Shown: piece by piece, positions 10,555 to 21,126 of the stretch
How positions within the stretch are numbered: position 1 is the stretch's first letter
Layout: every line of letters starts with the position of its first letter
Source: Candidatus Latescibacterota bacterium
Lineage (GTDB): Bacteria > Latescibacterota > UBA2968
Length of the DNA: 64,000 bases
Reading direction: 5' to 3'
Assembly: GCA_965198115.1 (NCBI GenBank)
Contig: OZ240241.1
Coordinates: 7,424,001 to 7,488,000 of the forward strand
Position numbers and translations under genes: made by a program
Notes under the pieces: model-generated
Database searches by the model: none
Told to the model about the DNA's origin: nothing
What the model saw: only the letters and a program-made list of their open reading frames with translations

Positions 10555-11382
10555 GTGGCTTATACTTTTCAACCAGGCAAGATGTATCGGATGCCAACGC
10601 ACTTCGGTCCCAGTCTGGGTCCCCGTCAAGGCCCGGATGGGCGAAAGTTCGAGTGCAAGGACAACCCAAAAACGACTTCGATTTCCGTTTCGTTCGAGTC
10701 GAACCCAGACCAGCTGAATGCGATGCTACCCGAAGGGTTCGAACTGGACGAGCCGATCGTGACGGTATCAGCCTCCTATATGAAGGAGATCGAGTGGTTG
10801 GCTGGACGCGGTTACAACACGCTTGGACTGACGTTCCCAGCGACCTTCAAGGGGAAGGAAGACACGGCTCACGGACCCTTTCTCACAGTTCTCTGGGAAA
10901 ATCTGACGGACCCGATTCTCACAGGCCGTGAAGACATCGGCTTTTCGAAGATTTACTGCGAGTTGCCCGAGCCTCGATTCTGCCAAGGCGGGGCTTATTC
11001 CTCAGCGAGCTGGTTGGGATTCAACTTTATGGATCTTGGCGTCGAAAACCTGTCTGAGAAAGCCGTCGAGGGTACACCTGGTTCCGGGAAGACGGTCGAT
11101 GGCACTCTGCACCTCAAGTACATACCGAAGACGCAGGAATGGGGAACCGAGGACATCTGCTACACCGTGATGACGCCAGCAACTGGAGGCCACAGGAAAG
11201 TGGTGGAGCAATTGACGGGCGATGGGACAGTGGAATGGCATCGCGCGCGTTGGGAGGACCTCCCGACGCAATACACCATCATCAACACATTCGCGGATCT
11301 GGAGATCAGAAGCTACCTGGGTGGATCCGTCGTTCGGACAGTTGGCGCGAAGGATCTGAGCGATCAGACGATTCTGCGGTAG
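10555..11382 (+). CDS. Acetoacetate decarboxylase family protein
   Basis: MYRMPTHFGP, WLAGRGYN, LWENLTDPILTGREDIGFSK. AGGAG RBS before GTG 10555. Confidence 0.8.
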   Translation: MAYTFQPGKMYRMPTHFGPSLGPRQGPDGRKFECKDNPKTTSISVSFESNPDQLNAMLPEGFELDEPIVTVSASYMKEIEWLAGRGYNTLGLTFPATFKGKEDTAHGPFLTVLWENLTDPILTGREDIGFSKIYCELPEPRFCQGGAYSSASWLGFNFMDLGVENLSEKAVEGTPGSGKTVDGTLHLKYIPKTQEWGTEDICYTVMTPATGGHRKVVEQLTGDGTVEWHRARWEDLPTQYTIINTFADLEIRSYLGGSVVRTVGAKDLSDQTILR

Positions 11383-11607
11383 GGCGATACGATGCAACCA
11401 CTGAGCACACGGAGCACACAGAGAGAGGCCGAGGGAGCTGGGTCATTTCCGAGATGACATTCAGTTCCCGATTCAGACCCGATTGGTCTCTACTTCCAGG
11501 GCGTGTCCAATTCCGCCCTCCCACCATCGATGAAGAGCGTCGTGCCTGTCACGAAAGAGGCGTCGTCGCTGGCACTTCGACAAAGTTGTTCATGATCCCG
11601 CCCGTCT

Positions 11608-11635
11608 GTAGGGTTACGGCATGCCGTGACCCTAC
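11608..11635. repeat. GTAG-type REP palindrome
   Basis: GTAGGGTTACGGCATGCCGTGACCCTAC, a near-perfect palindrome between convergent genes. Confidence 0.65.
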
Positions 11636-11656
11636 GAGATTGTCAGAGTTGAGGAT

Positions 11657-13186
11657 TCAAACCATATAGCAGTCAAGCTGCTCGACAATGATCCGTCCGG
11701 TATTCTCTTCGCACGATGACAGAGTCAAGCGAAGTTCATTGTCGCCACTCGTGAATGGCGGATCTACGACGAGGATCGTCCCCGTGGATGGGTCGCTGGT
11801 GAGATCCCACGAGACGTCTGTGGATACGTCGTGGCCATTGATCGCGACGGTCACGTCATCCGTTTCTACAAGTCCGATGGCCTGGATGGCGAGCCGGCAT
11901 TTGTCGTCCTTCTCTTTGGGTAAGTCCTCGCAGATACGGAAGCGGAAGCATCCTCTCGCCCCGGCTTCGCTGCGATCCAGCACAATCTGCTCTTTCTCGT
12001 AGATGTAGCTCATACCTCGCCCATCCTGGCGATCGCCCCACAGCGGCAGGAACGTGTAGTGACGTTCGCCTGACGCGAGGCCGGCGGAGTCCTTGAACTT
12101 CGCCAGATCGTCGAGAGGATTCGGATAATCGCCGAACCCTGGGGGATAGGTATGAACTTTCCCATCCGGCTCGGTCCCGACGTTGAATCGTCCCCAATGG
12201 AAAAAGTGATTCTGGACGGAGAAGCCATCGGCACCGGCTGCATAGATGTTGGTCAGGGCTGCACGGTATTGAGCGTTAGTCATGATCGTCGTGGGGTCAA
12301 GCTCGATTCCGATCTTGGGTTGCCTTTGCGGATAGACCAGGCAGTCGTGCTGTCGTGCGATCGAGGTGAAGTCTTCCCATTTTTCGTTGAAGTTGGTGAA
12401 TCCGAAGTCGCCGGGGGCGACGAAGTCGATCAGCCCTTCCCGGATCCAGGTGGGAATGTCGAGTCCCCAGGCGAGGCATCCGGCTAGCTGCTGAGGGACG
12501 CGTACACCGAGGACGAGATTCCGCCCACTACTTTCGTTCAGTCTCGTGCGGGCCAGCCGCACGAATTCGGTCATGATGTCGCAGCTCTGAGCTGCTTCGT
12601 CCCGTGGGAAGCATTCGACGAGCCGCGTGTAGTTGAACTCGACGCCGTCGACGTCGAACCGGGAGACTGCGTCCTCCATGATCGATAGGAGAAACTCCCT
12701 GACTTCCTCCACCGCATAGTTGAGCGAGGACCCATACTCGTGACTCTCTGGCGGTGCTCCTCGCCAAGATGGTTTGTACTCCCGGAGCACCCAATCAGGC
12801 TTCTCCTCGCACAGCATTTTGAAGAAGTCTGGGTGGTGGCCGTGACGGTCGTTCATCCTGAAACCGGCGAGGAATTCCATTCCCTGCCTGTGACATTCGT
12901 CGATGTAGATCTCGACGGGCATCACTCCGCTGTCCATCATCGGGACCATTCGTTGATGGTGCGGTCGGATGTCGTAGGGGCAGATATCGTTGCGCCAGAA
13001 CATCGTCATACACTCGGCGAAGATCTCCTGAACGACTGTGTCGATCGCCCCGCGAGCGTAGTTGCGGACAACGTTCCTGAGTTCTTCCTCGGTCGTCGGA
13101 TCGCCAAGGTGGGAGGTCGTGTTGGAGGGATCGGAAACGTATATGAGACGACGGTTGCCGCGTGGTTGGAGATTATTCAGTAGCAT
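11657..13186 (-). CDS. GH10-like (GHL10-type) TIM-barrel protein
   Basis: FRMNDRHG, LNYAVEEVR..LLSIMED..FDVDGVEFNYTR, YAAGADG. Confidence 0.65.
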   Translation of the reverse strand: MLLNNLQPRGNRRLIYVSDPSNTTSHLGDPTTEEELRNVVRNYARGAIDTVVQEIFAECMTMFWRNDICPYDIRPHHQRMVPMMDSGVMPVEIYIDECHRQGMEFLAGFRMNDRHGHHPDFFKMLCEEKPDWVLREYKPSWRGAPPESHEYGSSLNYAVEEVREFLLSIMEDAVSRFDVDGVEFNYTRLVECFPRDEAAQSCDIMTEFVRLARTRLNESSGRNLVLGVRVPQQLAGCLAWGLDIPTWIREGLIDFVAPGDFGFTNFNEKWEDFTSIARQHDCLVYPQRQPKIGIELDPTTIMTNAQYRAALTNIYAAGADGFSVQNHFFHWGRFNVGTEPDGKVHTYPPGFGDYPNPLDDLAKFKDSAGLASGERHYTFLPLWGDRQDGRGMSYIYEKEQIVLDRSEAGARGCFRFRICEDLPKEKDDKCRLAIQAIGLVETDDVTVAINGHDVSTDVSWDLTSDPSTGTILVVDPPFTSGDNELRLTLSSCEENTGRIIVEQLDCYMV

Positions 13187-13321
13187 TCCGGAATCTTGTA
13201 GATGTGGACGGTAGACCCTTCGATATGCCTTCGCTGGCTACCCTTCGGACTGCGACCTTCGGTCGCTTGCTCAAGACAAAGCTCAGGGCGGGCGGTGAAG
13301 GTGGAGGGGAGCGTTGAAGTC

Positions 13322-14083
13322 TCACCGTTCAATCCGTTGGGCGAGCCATTCGCGACACCTCTGTCCCTCGAAGCCCTTGTAAGTGGAGTAGGTGTCGCCG
13401 TCGGAGGCGGGATTGTAGGTGTAAAGGATAGCGCGCCTTCCTTTGTCTGTGCGATTTGCGAAGGAGTGGTGTGCCGTGTAGCAGCTGAAGACGACCAGGC
13501 TACCTGCCGGACCGGGGGCGTCAACGGAAATCGAGGGATCGTCGATCTCCTCCTTGATGAGCCTTGGATGGTCGTTTTCTCGTGGGATAAGCCCTTGCTT
13601 GTGGCTCCCGGGGACGAAACGCAAACAGCCGTTTTCCGGCGTGGCCCCATCGAGCAGAAGCGTGACTGTGATGAGCCGGTCGGTATAGTCCTGCCAATAC
13701 GCGTAGTCCTGGTGAAGGTCGTATTTCTCGCCAACAAAGGGAGGCTTGTAGTTGAGCTTGTCTTCGAACAGGAAGACCTCCTCGCCGAAGAACTGAGAGG
13801 CTGGCCCGGTCATTCGCGGATCGTAGACGAGGGCTTCGAGGGCGGGAACGACATCGATGATCGGTTCGATTTTCCGGACGATGACGCGCCCGTTCAACTC
13901 GTCCTCTTCCGCTCGGACGCGTGGGTTGTCGGGTTCGGGGGGTCCTGACCGCTCGATCAAATCGTCCGCCGCTTCGCGCAATAATTCGAGTTCGTCATCA
14001 TTGAAACCGGACTCGATGACGACGAAGCCATCGCGTTCGTAAAGCGCGATTTGCTCGGGTGTGAGTGGTTTCTGAATCGGCAC
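13322..14083 (-). CDS. PhyH-family dioxygenase
   Basis: LTPEQIALYERDGF, DKLNYKPP..LHQDYAYW, ENGCLRFVPGSH. Start uncertain. Confidence 0.88.
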   Translation of the reverse strand: MPIQKPLTPEQIALYERDGFVVIESGFNDDELELLREAADDLIERSGPPEPDNPRVRAEEDELNGRVIVRKIEPIIDVVPALEALVYDPRMTGPASQFFGEEVFLFEDKLNYKPPFVGEKYDLHQDYAYWQDYTDRLITVTLLLDGATPENGCLRFVPGSHKQGLIPRENDHPRLIKEEIDDPSISVDAPGPAGSLVVFSCYTAHHSFANRTDKGRRAILYTYNPASDGDTYSTYKGFEGQRCREWLAQRIER

Positions 14084-14129
14084 GGAGTTCAGATCGTAGA
14101 CACGAGTGGCGCCCGCGAACGGGTCTCGA

Positions 14130-14969
14130 TCAAGACTCGACCCAGTGTCGGACGAGGGGTTTGAGGTCGGATGGCAGCGTTTTGTAGACCGAGTGCGGAA
14201 TGGGAGGTGGCGAGTTGGGCTTACCATCGGTCTCGACGACCATCATCGTATAGTCGGTCGATCCCATCCAGGTCGGCTGCAGATTCAGCCACCAGGCCGT
14301 GAAGCTGACGTTGACGGCGTAGCGAGGCTCGTCACTGCGGTTGACGGCGACGCAGTGCCAGAGCCGGCTGTCGAAGAGCATGACACTTCCGGCAGGGGCG
14401 CAGATCTGGAGTTCCGCCGGATGGGGTGCCTCTCGATCGAACATATCACCGCCGGACGGATTCGTCTGACAACGGTGGGAGCCTGGAAGCACGAGCGTGC
14501 CTCCCGTGGTTTCGTTGAATTCAGTCAGCATCCAGAGAGATGAGAGTTTTGTGCAGGTGTCGGCGTAGGGCGCAGGAATGTGAGCGGCGTTGGTCTGGTT
14601 GTAGGGCCAGTCGGCGTGCCAGTAGCCGCGGTCGTTGTCGGGGTGGTTGGCGATGGCGCCGATGCCCCAAATCCGGTAGAAATCGCCGAACAGAGCCTGG
14701 ACCGTTTCGGTAATACGTGGATCCGTCAGGTAGGGGGCGATCGACTGATCCTGGTTGATGATCCCAGGGTGCGCCTGGACGCCGGCGCCACCGATGCGAT
14801 GACCCTTGCCGCGAACCGCGGCAGTTCGCTTTTCGGTTTCCTCGTAGGCTGCGCGAAGGTGCGAGGCAATGCTCTCCCGTACGCCAGCGATTTCGTCAGT
14901 GGGAATAAGTTCTTCGATGATGCAGTAGCCTTCCACATCGAGGTGGGCGAGGATGTCTTTTGTGGTCAT
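14130..14969 (-). CDS. PhyH-family dioxygenase
   Basis: WHADWP, GGTLVLPGSH, FDSRLWH...NRSDEPR. Confidence 0.88.
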   Translation of the reverse strand: MTTKDILAHLDVEGYCIIEELIPTDEIAGVRESIASHLRAAYEETEKRTAAVRGKGHRIGGAGVQAHPGIINQDQSIAPYLTDPRITETVQALFGDFYRIWGIGAIANHPDNDRGYWHADWPYNQTNAAHIPAPYADTCTKLSSLWMLTEFNETTGGTLVLPGSHRCQTNPSGGDMFDREAPHPAELQICAPAGSVMLFDSRLWHCVAVNRSDEPRYAVNVSFTAWWLNLQPTWMGSTDYTMMVVETDGKPNSPPPIPHSVYKTLPSDLKPLVRHWVES

Positions 14970-15012
14970 GTGGTTCTCCAATGTAGAGATATCTGTGTGT
15001 TCTGTGGTTCCT

Positions 15013-16206
15013 CTAAAAGTCCTCTAACCCGAACCGATAACCACGAATCTGGGCCATCGGGGCATTGTCGTTGATGTAGTTGGCGCAGAGGAACCTGCCG
15101 CGCTCGTATTCGACCCATCCTGTGTATCCACTATCCGCAAAGGGGCTGTTGTCGAGATCGAGTGGAAGCAGCAGCCCCTTCTGATCGCCGAGGTCGGGAC
15201 TGAGCGCACTTTCGATAGGTTCGAGGAATGCGAAGGTGTGAACTGAAGTGCCACCGGCCGCCATTACGATCTCGTCTTCCGTCTCGATCGTATTCGGTCC
15301 GCCCGTCACGCTCGCAATGAAACGCTCGTTTTCCGGATGACCCTTCACTTTCGGGATGACGATGGTGCGTTTCGCCAATCGCTTCTGGAACGTCTCCTCG
15401 CTCATATCCACGCGCCAGTTAGACTCCAATCCATATCGTCCGGTGATGAGGATCAAACCGTCGGTGGTCAGGCCCGCGATTGGCATTCCGATGGCTGCAG
15501 GGTTGAGGGTACTGTAAGGACCCTCCCACGTCTCACCATTGTCTTTTGAGATCAGCTTCAGAAGAGGGCCCACATCTACCCGCTCGTAGGAGACGAGCTC
15601 CCCACCGGGTAGTTTCACGATACTGCCCTCATCAAGCTCGTGATCGGGATTCAGGTTCATCGGTCGGGGCGCATCCCAGGTGACGCCCTTGTCCCGGCTG
15701 ATGTGGAGCATCTGCGTGAGCCGGTCGGCGCCGTCGATGCGAAGGTTCGTGAGGAGCAGCCATCGTCCGTCGGGCATTTCGGTTACCTGGTCCGGACAGA
15801 TACCTCCAACGGAGGTTTGAAACGGATCGGCGAACGTCACGCCGTCGTCGTCGCTGAACCAGAGCGAGACTCGCGCCGTGTGCTCGACACGCCATTCGCC
15901 AGGAGGCCAGGGCAAGGATTCCGAAAGGAGCAGAACCCGCCCGTCCTCGAGCTGCTGAATTTTGGGACAGTTCCAGGTCGTGAGAACGCCATCGGTAACC
16001 GCTTCGTCGATGATGACATTCCGGTCGGACCACGTATGGCCGGCGTCATCGCTGTATCGCACGATCAATCGACAGTATTCGCTGGCGACGTGGCCGTTGC
16101 TTTCGCGATAGGCGATGATGATTCGGCCGGAGCGGGTTTGGCACAGGTGGGGAAAACACTCGTAGACCGAGTCGTCGCGGGAGATGGTGAATTTGGTGAC
16201 AGGCAT
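15013..16206 (-). CDS. Sialidase/BNR-repeat glycoside hydrolase
   Basis: Four Asp-boxes: SDDAGHTW, SDDDGVTF, SRDKGVTW, SKDNGETW. Confidence 0.8.
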   Translation of the reverse strand: MPVTKFTISRDDSVYECFPHLCQTRSGRIIIAYRESNGHVASEYCRLIVRYSDDAGHTWSDRNVIIDEAVTDGVLTTWNCPKIQQLEDGRVLLLSESLPWPPGEWRVEHTARVSLWFSDDDGVTFADPFQTSVGGICPDQVTEMPDGRWLLLTNLRIDGADRLTQMLHISRDKGVTWDAPRPMNLNPDHELDEGSIVKLPGGELVSYERVDVGPLLKLISKDNGETWEGPYSTLNPAAIGMPIAGLTTDGLILITGRYGLESNWRVDMSEETFQKRLAKRTIVIPKVKGHPENERFIASVTGGPNTIETEDEIVMAAGGTSVHTFAFLEPIESALSPDLGDQKGLLLPLDLDNSPFADSGYTGWVEYERGRFLCANYINDNAPMAQIRGYRFGLEDF

Positions 16207-16483
16207 TGGATATCCTGGAATCAGGAAATTGTGGAATTATGAGATTGACGAGGGTGCAATTTGCAGCCGCTCCGGTGACGACCAATATGGCTGAGAGGCT
16301 TTGGAACCACAAATGAACACGGATGAACACAAATGTGAGGTAATCTGATGATCGTGGCCCTTCCCGGGAAGTGATTCGGAGGTTTACCCGCGGCCATCAT
16401 TATGTCACATCGATGACAATCCGTGGAGTCACAACTCTGAAATTGAAAGATATCTTGTGGCTGCAAGCTCGAGAGCTCTTTCG

Positions 16484-18133
16484 CTAGGCGCTGTAACGGA
16501 CGTGGAGCTCGACTTTTTCGATGCGTATCGGGGCCTCGTGGTCGAGGCGGCGAACGAGACGGATGCCGATGAGGTTTTCTCCCACAGCCAGCCAGCTCGG
16601 CGAAACGTCGTAGGCGAGCCAGTCCTGGAAGTGAACGTTGAGGGCGGTCGGGTCTTCCTCCACCCTTCTTGCACCTTCGAGTAGAAGATTGTTGACTCTT
16701 ACTTCGACTTCAAGCTGATCGACAAGCGTGCCCGGCTCAATCGAGTCGTCCTTTCCTCTGCACGTGAAAGCGATTCTCAGTTCCAGCAGATCGATGGAAT
16801 CAGCTAGGTCGCTCATCGTATCGGCCACGTCGAGGGCGAGGAGCGTATCGGCCACTCCGTCGTCTAGGAGCTGAGCCGGGAGCGCGGCACGCATGTTGGT
16901 CTGGAAATAGGCGAGTCTCGGCGTGTACCAGTTATCGGGATTCGGGGTGAAGTCCTCACCGTGACCACCGCCTCTTCGCTCGACGTAGAAGACTTTGTTC
17001 AGACCTTCGAGCGATTCGGGGGTGCCTATCTCGTTGCACACGTGGCGCTGGATCTCCCACGCCTCTTCCAACTCGAGTTCGTCCGCGGGTCCGCCCCGGT
17101 GTCTGGGCGCCAGCTCTATTTCCAAAGCATTGTGCGTTTCAGGGTGTGGGCTCGTCAGGTTGAACGTGTGTATTCCGTCCGGTTTCTTCCGCCACCAGTT
17201 GGCGCAGACGCCTCGCCAGACCTCGAGTGACGGGTGCCGATAGCCGTCGGACGAATGGTGGTCGTCCCAACTCGGGTAGACGCGGATGTCCGTCCCGGAC
17301 GTCAGATCGCGGAAGCCTCTGATGTCTACACTCGCCGTCCGCGTTCCGACCACGAGGATGTCGACGAGCGACTCTTCGATCCAGGTTTCCACTTCCATTC
17401 CATCGAAGTGACAACCCGGGATGTCTTCGGGTATTCGGACTGCGAGGAGATAAGGGCTCGCTCGACGTGATCCGATTTCGAGCAACGTCGTTCGCAGTTT
17501 ACGGATGAAGTCTGTTAGCAGATTGCGGTGTGTCCACTGCTGTCCTTCCGGGAAAAGCATTGGAATGCGTGCGAAGTCGATCGAGATTCCATCGTAGTCG
17601 TATTTCTCTGCGACTTCCTTCAGTATTGCCAGCTTGAGATCCCGAACACCGTCAAACGTGAAATCCCAGAAAGCGTGCCATCTCTTGAAGAGCCAGTCCG
17701 GATGTTCGGCCTTGAGGGGGATTGGATCCTTGAAATCGTGCGGCTGATCGAACAGGGGATCGTTGTCGGAACCGTTGATCCTGTAGGAGAAGAAGACTTC
17801 GCGTCCTCTTTCTCTCGTTTCATCGAGCAACCCCCGAACGGGATCGATCCCGATCGCCCACCATTCGGGAAACGCGAATGTCGTTTCCGGCAATACCTTG
17901 CTCGGCCAGACGGCGTTGTTCCCTTCACCCCATTCGTGCCACACGCTGTCGATCTGATTGGGCGCCGCGTCCAACCTGCTCATGTAGAAGTCGACGATTT
18001 TCTGCCACCGCTCGGTCGTGATCTCGCCCTGGCGAAAGGCACGCGTGCAGAGGACGTCGTCTTGATAAATGATACGGCGTTGCCGATGAGCGGCAGCGAT
18101 ATGATCGGGTGATAGATTCAATTGAAAAGCCAA
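16484..18133 (-). CDS. GH10-like TIM-barrel protein (paralog of 11657-13186)
   Basis: FSYRINGSD, LKAEHPDW, EVAEKYDYDGISIDFAR, DGIHTFN. Confidence 0.65.
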   Translation of the reverse strand: MAFQLNLSPDHIAAAHRQRRIIYQDDVLCTRAFRQGEITTERWQKIVDFYMSRLDAAPNQIDSVWHEWGEGNNAVWPSKVLPETTFAFPEWWAIGIDPVRGLLDETRERGREVFFSYRINGSDNDPLFDQPHDFKDPIPLKAEHPDWLFKRWHAFWDFTFDGVRDLKLAILKEVAEKYDYDGISIDFARIPMLFPEGQQWTHRNLLTDFIRKLRTTLLEIGSRRASPYLLAVRIPEDIPGCHFDGMEVETWIEESLVDILVVGTRTASVDIRGFRDLTSGTDIRVYPSWDDHHSSDGYRHPSLEVWRGVCANWWRKKPDGIHTFNLTSPHPETHNALEIELAPRHRGGPADELELEEAWEIQRHVCNEIGTPESLEGLNKVFYVERRGGGHGEDFTPNPDNWYTPRLAYFQTNMRAALPAQLLDDGVADTLLALDVADTMSDLADSIDLLELRIAFTCRGKDDSIEPGTLVDQLEVEVRVNNLLLEGARRVEEDPTALNVHFQDWLAYDVSPSWLAVGENLIGIRLVRRLDHEAPIRIEKVELHVRYSA

Positions 18134-18396
18134 AGACAGCCACTGAGGACACGGAGAAGTGGTTTCTTCGGAATCCAGGCCCTAATCGGGAAGAACCCTT
18201 GAAGTAGCCGAGGGGTGGAACCACCGAAACCCGGACACCGAGATGGAGAACTAAGTGAATGGCGGGAGGAAACGCGAGGAGATTCTGGACTAAGAAGACA
18301 AGAATCCAAGCGGGCCAGAATCCCCATGTTCAGGATTGTCAGGGTGGCAAATGCCGTCTTTTGCTGACAACTGAACCCTGACGGCGGACAACCCGT

Positions 18397-19164
18397 CTAT
18401 GGCTGGTAAAGGCTTTCGGTGGGGATGTCGGTGATCATCGCGTGGCCGGGGGTGTAGGAGATCATGAATGGGAGCTTGGCCTGCTCGGCGACGATCCGGG
18501 GGGTGATGCCGCAGGCCCAGTAGAGGCGGTCGGTGCCCGCGGGAACGTCGATTGGATGGCCGTTGATATTGACATCTTCCGCGATGCCGAGTTCGGCTGC
18601 GTTGTTCTTGCCGACCGGCGCACCGTGACATTGCGGAAAGTGGCTGGTGTATTCCCAGACGGCGTCACAGAGGGATGGATCGAAGGATCGAATCGTGACA
18701 GCCATATTGCCGTGGAATGGTTCGACAGATTCGCAGGGCACCGCAGTGAGCTGGATTGTCGGGCCGAAGGCCGCCGCATAACCCTTTTCCGCCAAGAGTC
18801 CGTCGAACGAGACACTGGAGCCGATCAAGAAAGAGACAGGCGCCCGATCGAACAGGTCGACGATGTCCCGGCGCTGCTCGACGACGTCGCCGTTGCAGAC
18901 GATGTCATAGGAGCCGAGATCGGTTCGAATGTCGAGATCCTCGGCGAACTCCGGACAGTCGGTCTGGCCAGGATGGTCGAACCGTTTGATGAGTGGGCAG
19001 GGTTTGGGATTGGCCAGGCAGAAAGCTTCGAACGGGTCCGCGTATTCTTCAGGCAGGAAGGCGACGTTGACGCAGAGATAGCCCGGGAGGGCCCGGGAGG
19101 CGAAGCCTTTGAGTTCATTTGCCCGGCAGGCGTGCCGGACTTCCAGTGGTGAGGAGTAAGACAT
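18397..19164 (-). CDS. DUF1445 / D-glutamate cyclase-family protein (YcsI-like)
   Basis: FCLANPKPCPL, DIRTDL, HGAPV, WACGITP, TPGHAMITD. Confidence 0.85.
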   Translation of the reverse strand: MSYSSPLEVRHACRANELKGFASRALPGYLCVNVAFLPEEYADPFEAFCLANPKPCPLIKRFDHPGQTDCPEFAEDLDIRTDLGSYDIVCNGDVVEQRRDIVDLFDRAPVSFLIGSSVSFDGLLAEKGYAAAFGPTIQLTAVPCESVEPFHGNMAVTIRSFDPSLCDAVWEYTSHFPQCHGAPVGKNNAAELGIAEDVNINGHPIDVPAGTDRLYWACGITPRIVAEQAKLPFMISYTPGHAMITDIPTESLYQP

Positions 19165-19192
19165 TGAGGATTAGGGAATTTCGAAACTAGGA

Positions 19193-20008
19193 TTACGGAA
19201 CTAGGCGGATTTCGAAGAGAGTGGGCCAGCGTTTGCCTGTGACGAAGAGACGATCGTTGTCGGTGTCGTAGGCGATGCCGTTGAGAACGTCCTCGGTGCC
19301 TATTCGGTCGGCGGTCGGCAAGAGGCCTGTGAGGTCGATCCATCCGATCACGCGGCCGGTGACGGGCTCGATTCGGGCGATCTTGTCGGTCAACCAGACG
19401 TTGGCGAAAATCTCTCCGTTGATATACTCGAGTTCGTTGAGACGCCAAATGGGTCCGTCTTCGTCTCTCACTTCCACCCGTCCGATTTCCTCGAGGGTTT
19501 CGAGGTCACGGAAATAGAGGGTGGATGTACCGTTGCTCATGATATAGCGATGGCCGTCTGTCGTGATCCCCCATCCCTCCGTTGGATAGCTGAAGCTCCG
19601 TTTCAACTCGAAGGTCCCGGCGTCGTAGACGAAACCGATGTTCGTCAGCCAGGTAAGCTGAACGATTTCGTTCCCCAGCAGGGCGATGCCCTCACCGAAG
19701 AACTGTCCGTCGAGGTCGATCGACTGAAGGACCTCGCCCGTTTCAAGAGCGACCCTTCGCAGTGTAGACGCCCCGTTGAGGCCGGTGCCTTCGTAGAGGA
19801 CGCTGTCACGATACACGAGGCCTTGAGTGAACGCATTCGGGTCGTGCGGATAGGCGTTGATCACTTCGAAACCGTAGGTGGGAACGGAGGAGGAATCGGT
19901 GGGTGTGAGACTGCCCGGTGTGTCGCCGGGCGTAAAGTGTGGATAGCGTTCGCACGAGGCGGTGACGATGACAAGGCACCCAACGATGATCCAGTTCTGC
20001 ACGTTCAT
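19193..20008 (-). CDS. Glutaminyl-peptide cyclotransferase (lipoprotein)
   Basis: [38 protein letters not shown]. Lipobox-like TASC. Confidence 0.92.
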   Translation of the reverse strand: MNVQNWIIVGCLVIVTASCERYPHFTPGDTPGSLTPTDSSSVPTYGFEVINAYPHDPNAFTQGLVYRDSVLYEGTGLNGASTLRRVALETGEVLQSIDLDGQFFGEGIALLGNEIVQLTWLTNIGFVYDAGTFELKRSFSYPTEGWGITTDGHRYIMSNGTSTLYFRDLETLEEIGRVEVRDEDGPIWRLNELEYINGEIFANVWLTDKIARIEPVTGRVIGWIDLTGLLPTADRIGTEDVLNGIAYDTDNDRLFVTGKRWPTLFEIRLVP

Positions 20009-20490
20009 TCCGGTCGGGCGGCGCTGTGAACGACGATCGGTTCACTGGGCACGTTTTGATGCATCCCGACATTCGTCGTTTCGACCTGGGCAATCTGATC
20101 CACCACATCCATCCCTTCGACGACTCTGGCGAAGACGGCATAGCCGAAGTCACGTTCACCGTGATCGAGGGCCCCGTTGTCGGCCAGGTTGATGAAGAAT
20201 TGAGAGGTGGCGCTATCGACTTCCTTGGTGCGGGCCATCGACAGGGTGCCGCGCTCGTTTCTCAGCCCGTTGTCCGCTTCGTTCTTGATCTGTTCACGCG
20301 TTTCCTTTTGATCCATTTCGGTTGTGAAACCGCCGCCCTGGATAACGAAACCGGGCAGGACCCGATGGAAGATGGTCTCGTTGAAGAATCCGTCATCGAC
20401 ATACTGAAGAAAGTTTTCAACAGTGATCGGTGCCTCTTCAGGAAACAGTTCGATCAGGATATCGCCTTCGGATGTTTCGAATTTGACCAT
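20005..20490 (-). CDS. Cyclophilin-type peptidyl-prolyl isomerase
   Basis: [41 protein letters not shown]. Confidence 0.95.
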   Translation of the reverse strand: MVKFETSEGDILIELFPEEAPITVENFLQYVDDGFFNETIFHRVLPGFVIQGGGFTTEMDQKETREQIKNEADNGLRNERGTLSMARTKEVDSATSQFFINLADNGALDHGERDFGYAVFARVVEGMDVVDQIAQVETTNVGMHQNVPSEPIVVHSAARPE

Positions 20491-20601
20491 TGTGACCTTT
20501 CGGACGGAAACCACCAAGGCTCCAAGACACCAAGGAAACCACCTGAAGTATGGTGGCGGATGATGTGTTGTTCGGTGTCGTCGTGCCTTCGTGGCTCGAG
20601 T

Positions 20602-21099
20602 TTAGATGTGTTCATAGAGGAGATGGGGGCGGCCATCTTCGAAATGGAGGTCGGTCACTCGAATCTCCTCACCGAACCAATCGAGTGGTTCGAAGTCGTT
20701 TGCTTTTTCGACCGTGTCGAATTCCACCTCCGCAACCACGTGGCCATCGAGCGCTCCGTGGTAGATGTCGAGAATCGTCCTATTCGGAAGGAGATAACGC
20801 GTCTTGTGCATGCGCTTTCCCTCCGTCATCGGCCAGAGTGTTTCAAACTGTTCGAGCGTCAGTGTGATTTCGCCTTCCGGGTGACCCAATTGCTGACCGC
20901 TTGGGTACTTGATCGTCAAGACGTATGTCTCGTCCTGTCGCCGCAGTCGTGTCTGGAGTTGCCCTCTCTTCTCGATGATCAGATAGCCCTGGTCGATTTC
21001 CACAGATGGGACGCCGTCGAGATCGGGTAACTGTTGAACAATGAACTTGCGTTCGATTTCAAGACCAGGTGTGTGGGTTTCCCTCTGTGGATGGGGCAT
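20602..21099 (-). CDS. CYTH domain protein
   Basis: EIERKF, IDQGYL, KTRY, VAEVEF. Confidence 0.88.
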   Translation of the reverse strand: MPHPQRETHTPGLEIERKFIVQQLPDLDGVPSVEIDQGYLIIEKRGQLQTRLRRQDETYVLTIKYPSGQQLGHPEGEITLTLEQFETLWPMTEGKRMHKTRYLLPNRTILDIYHGALDGHVVAEVEFDTVEKANDFEPLDWFGEEIRVTDLHFEDGRPHLLYEHI

Positions 21100-21126
21100 T
21101 CCGTGTTCCTACGGGAACTCAGCGCC

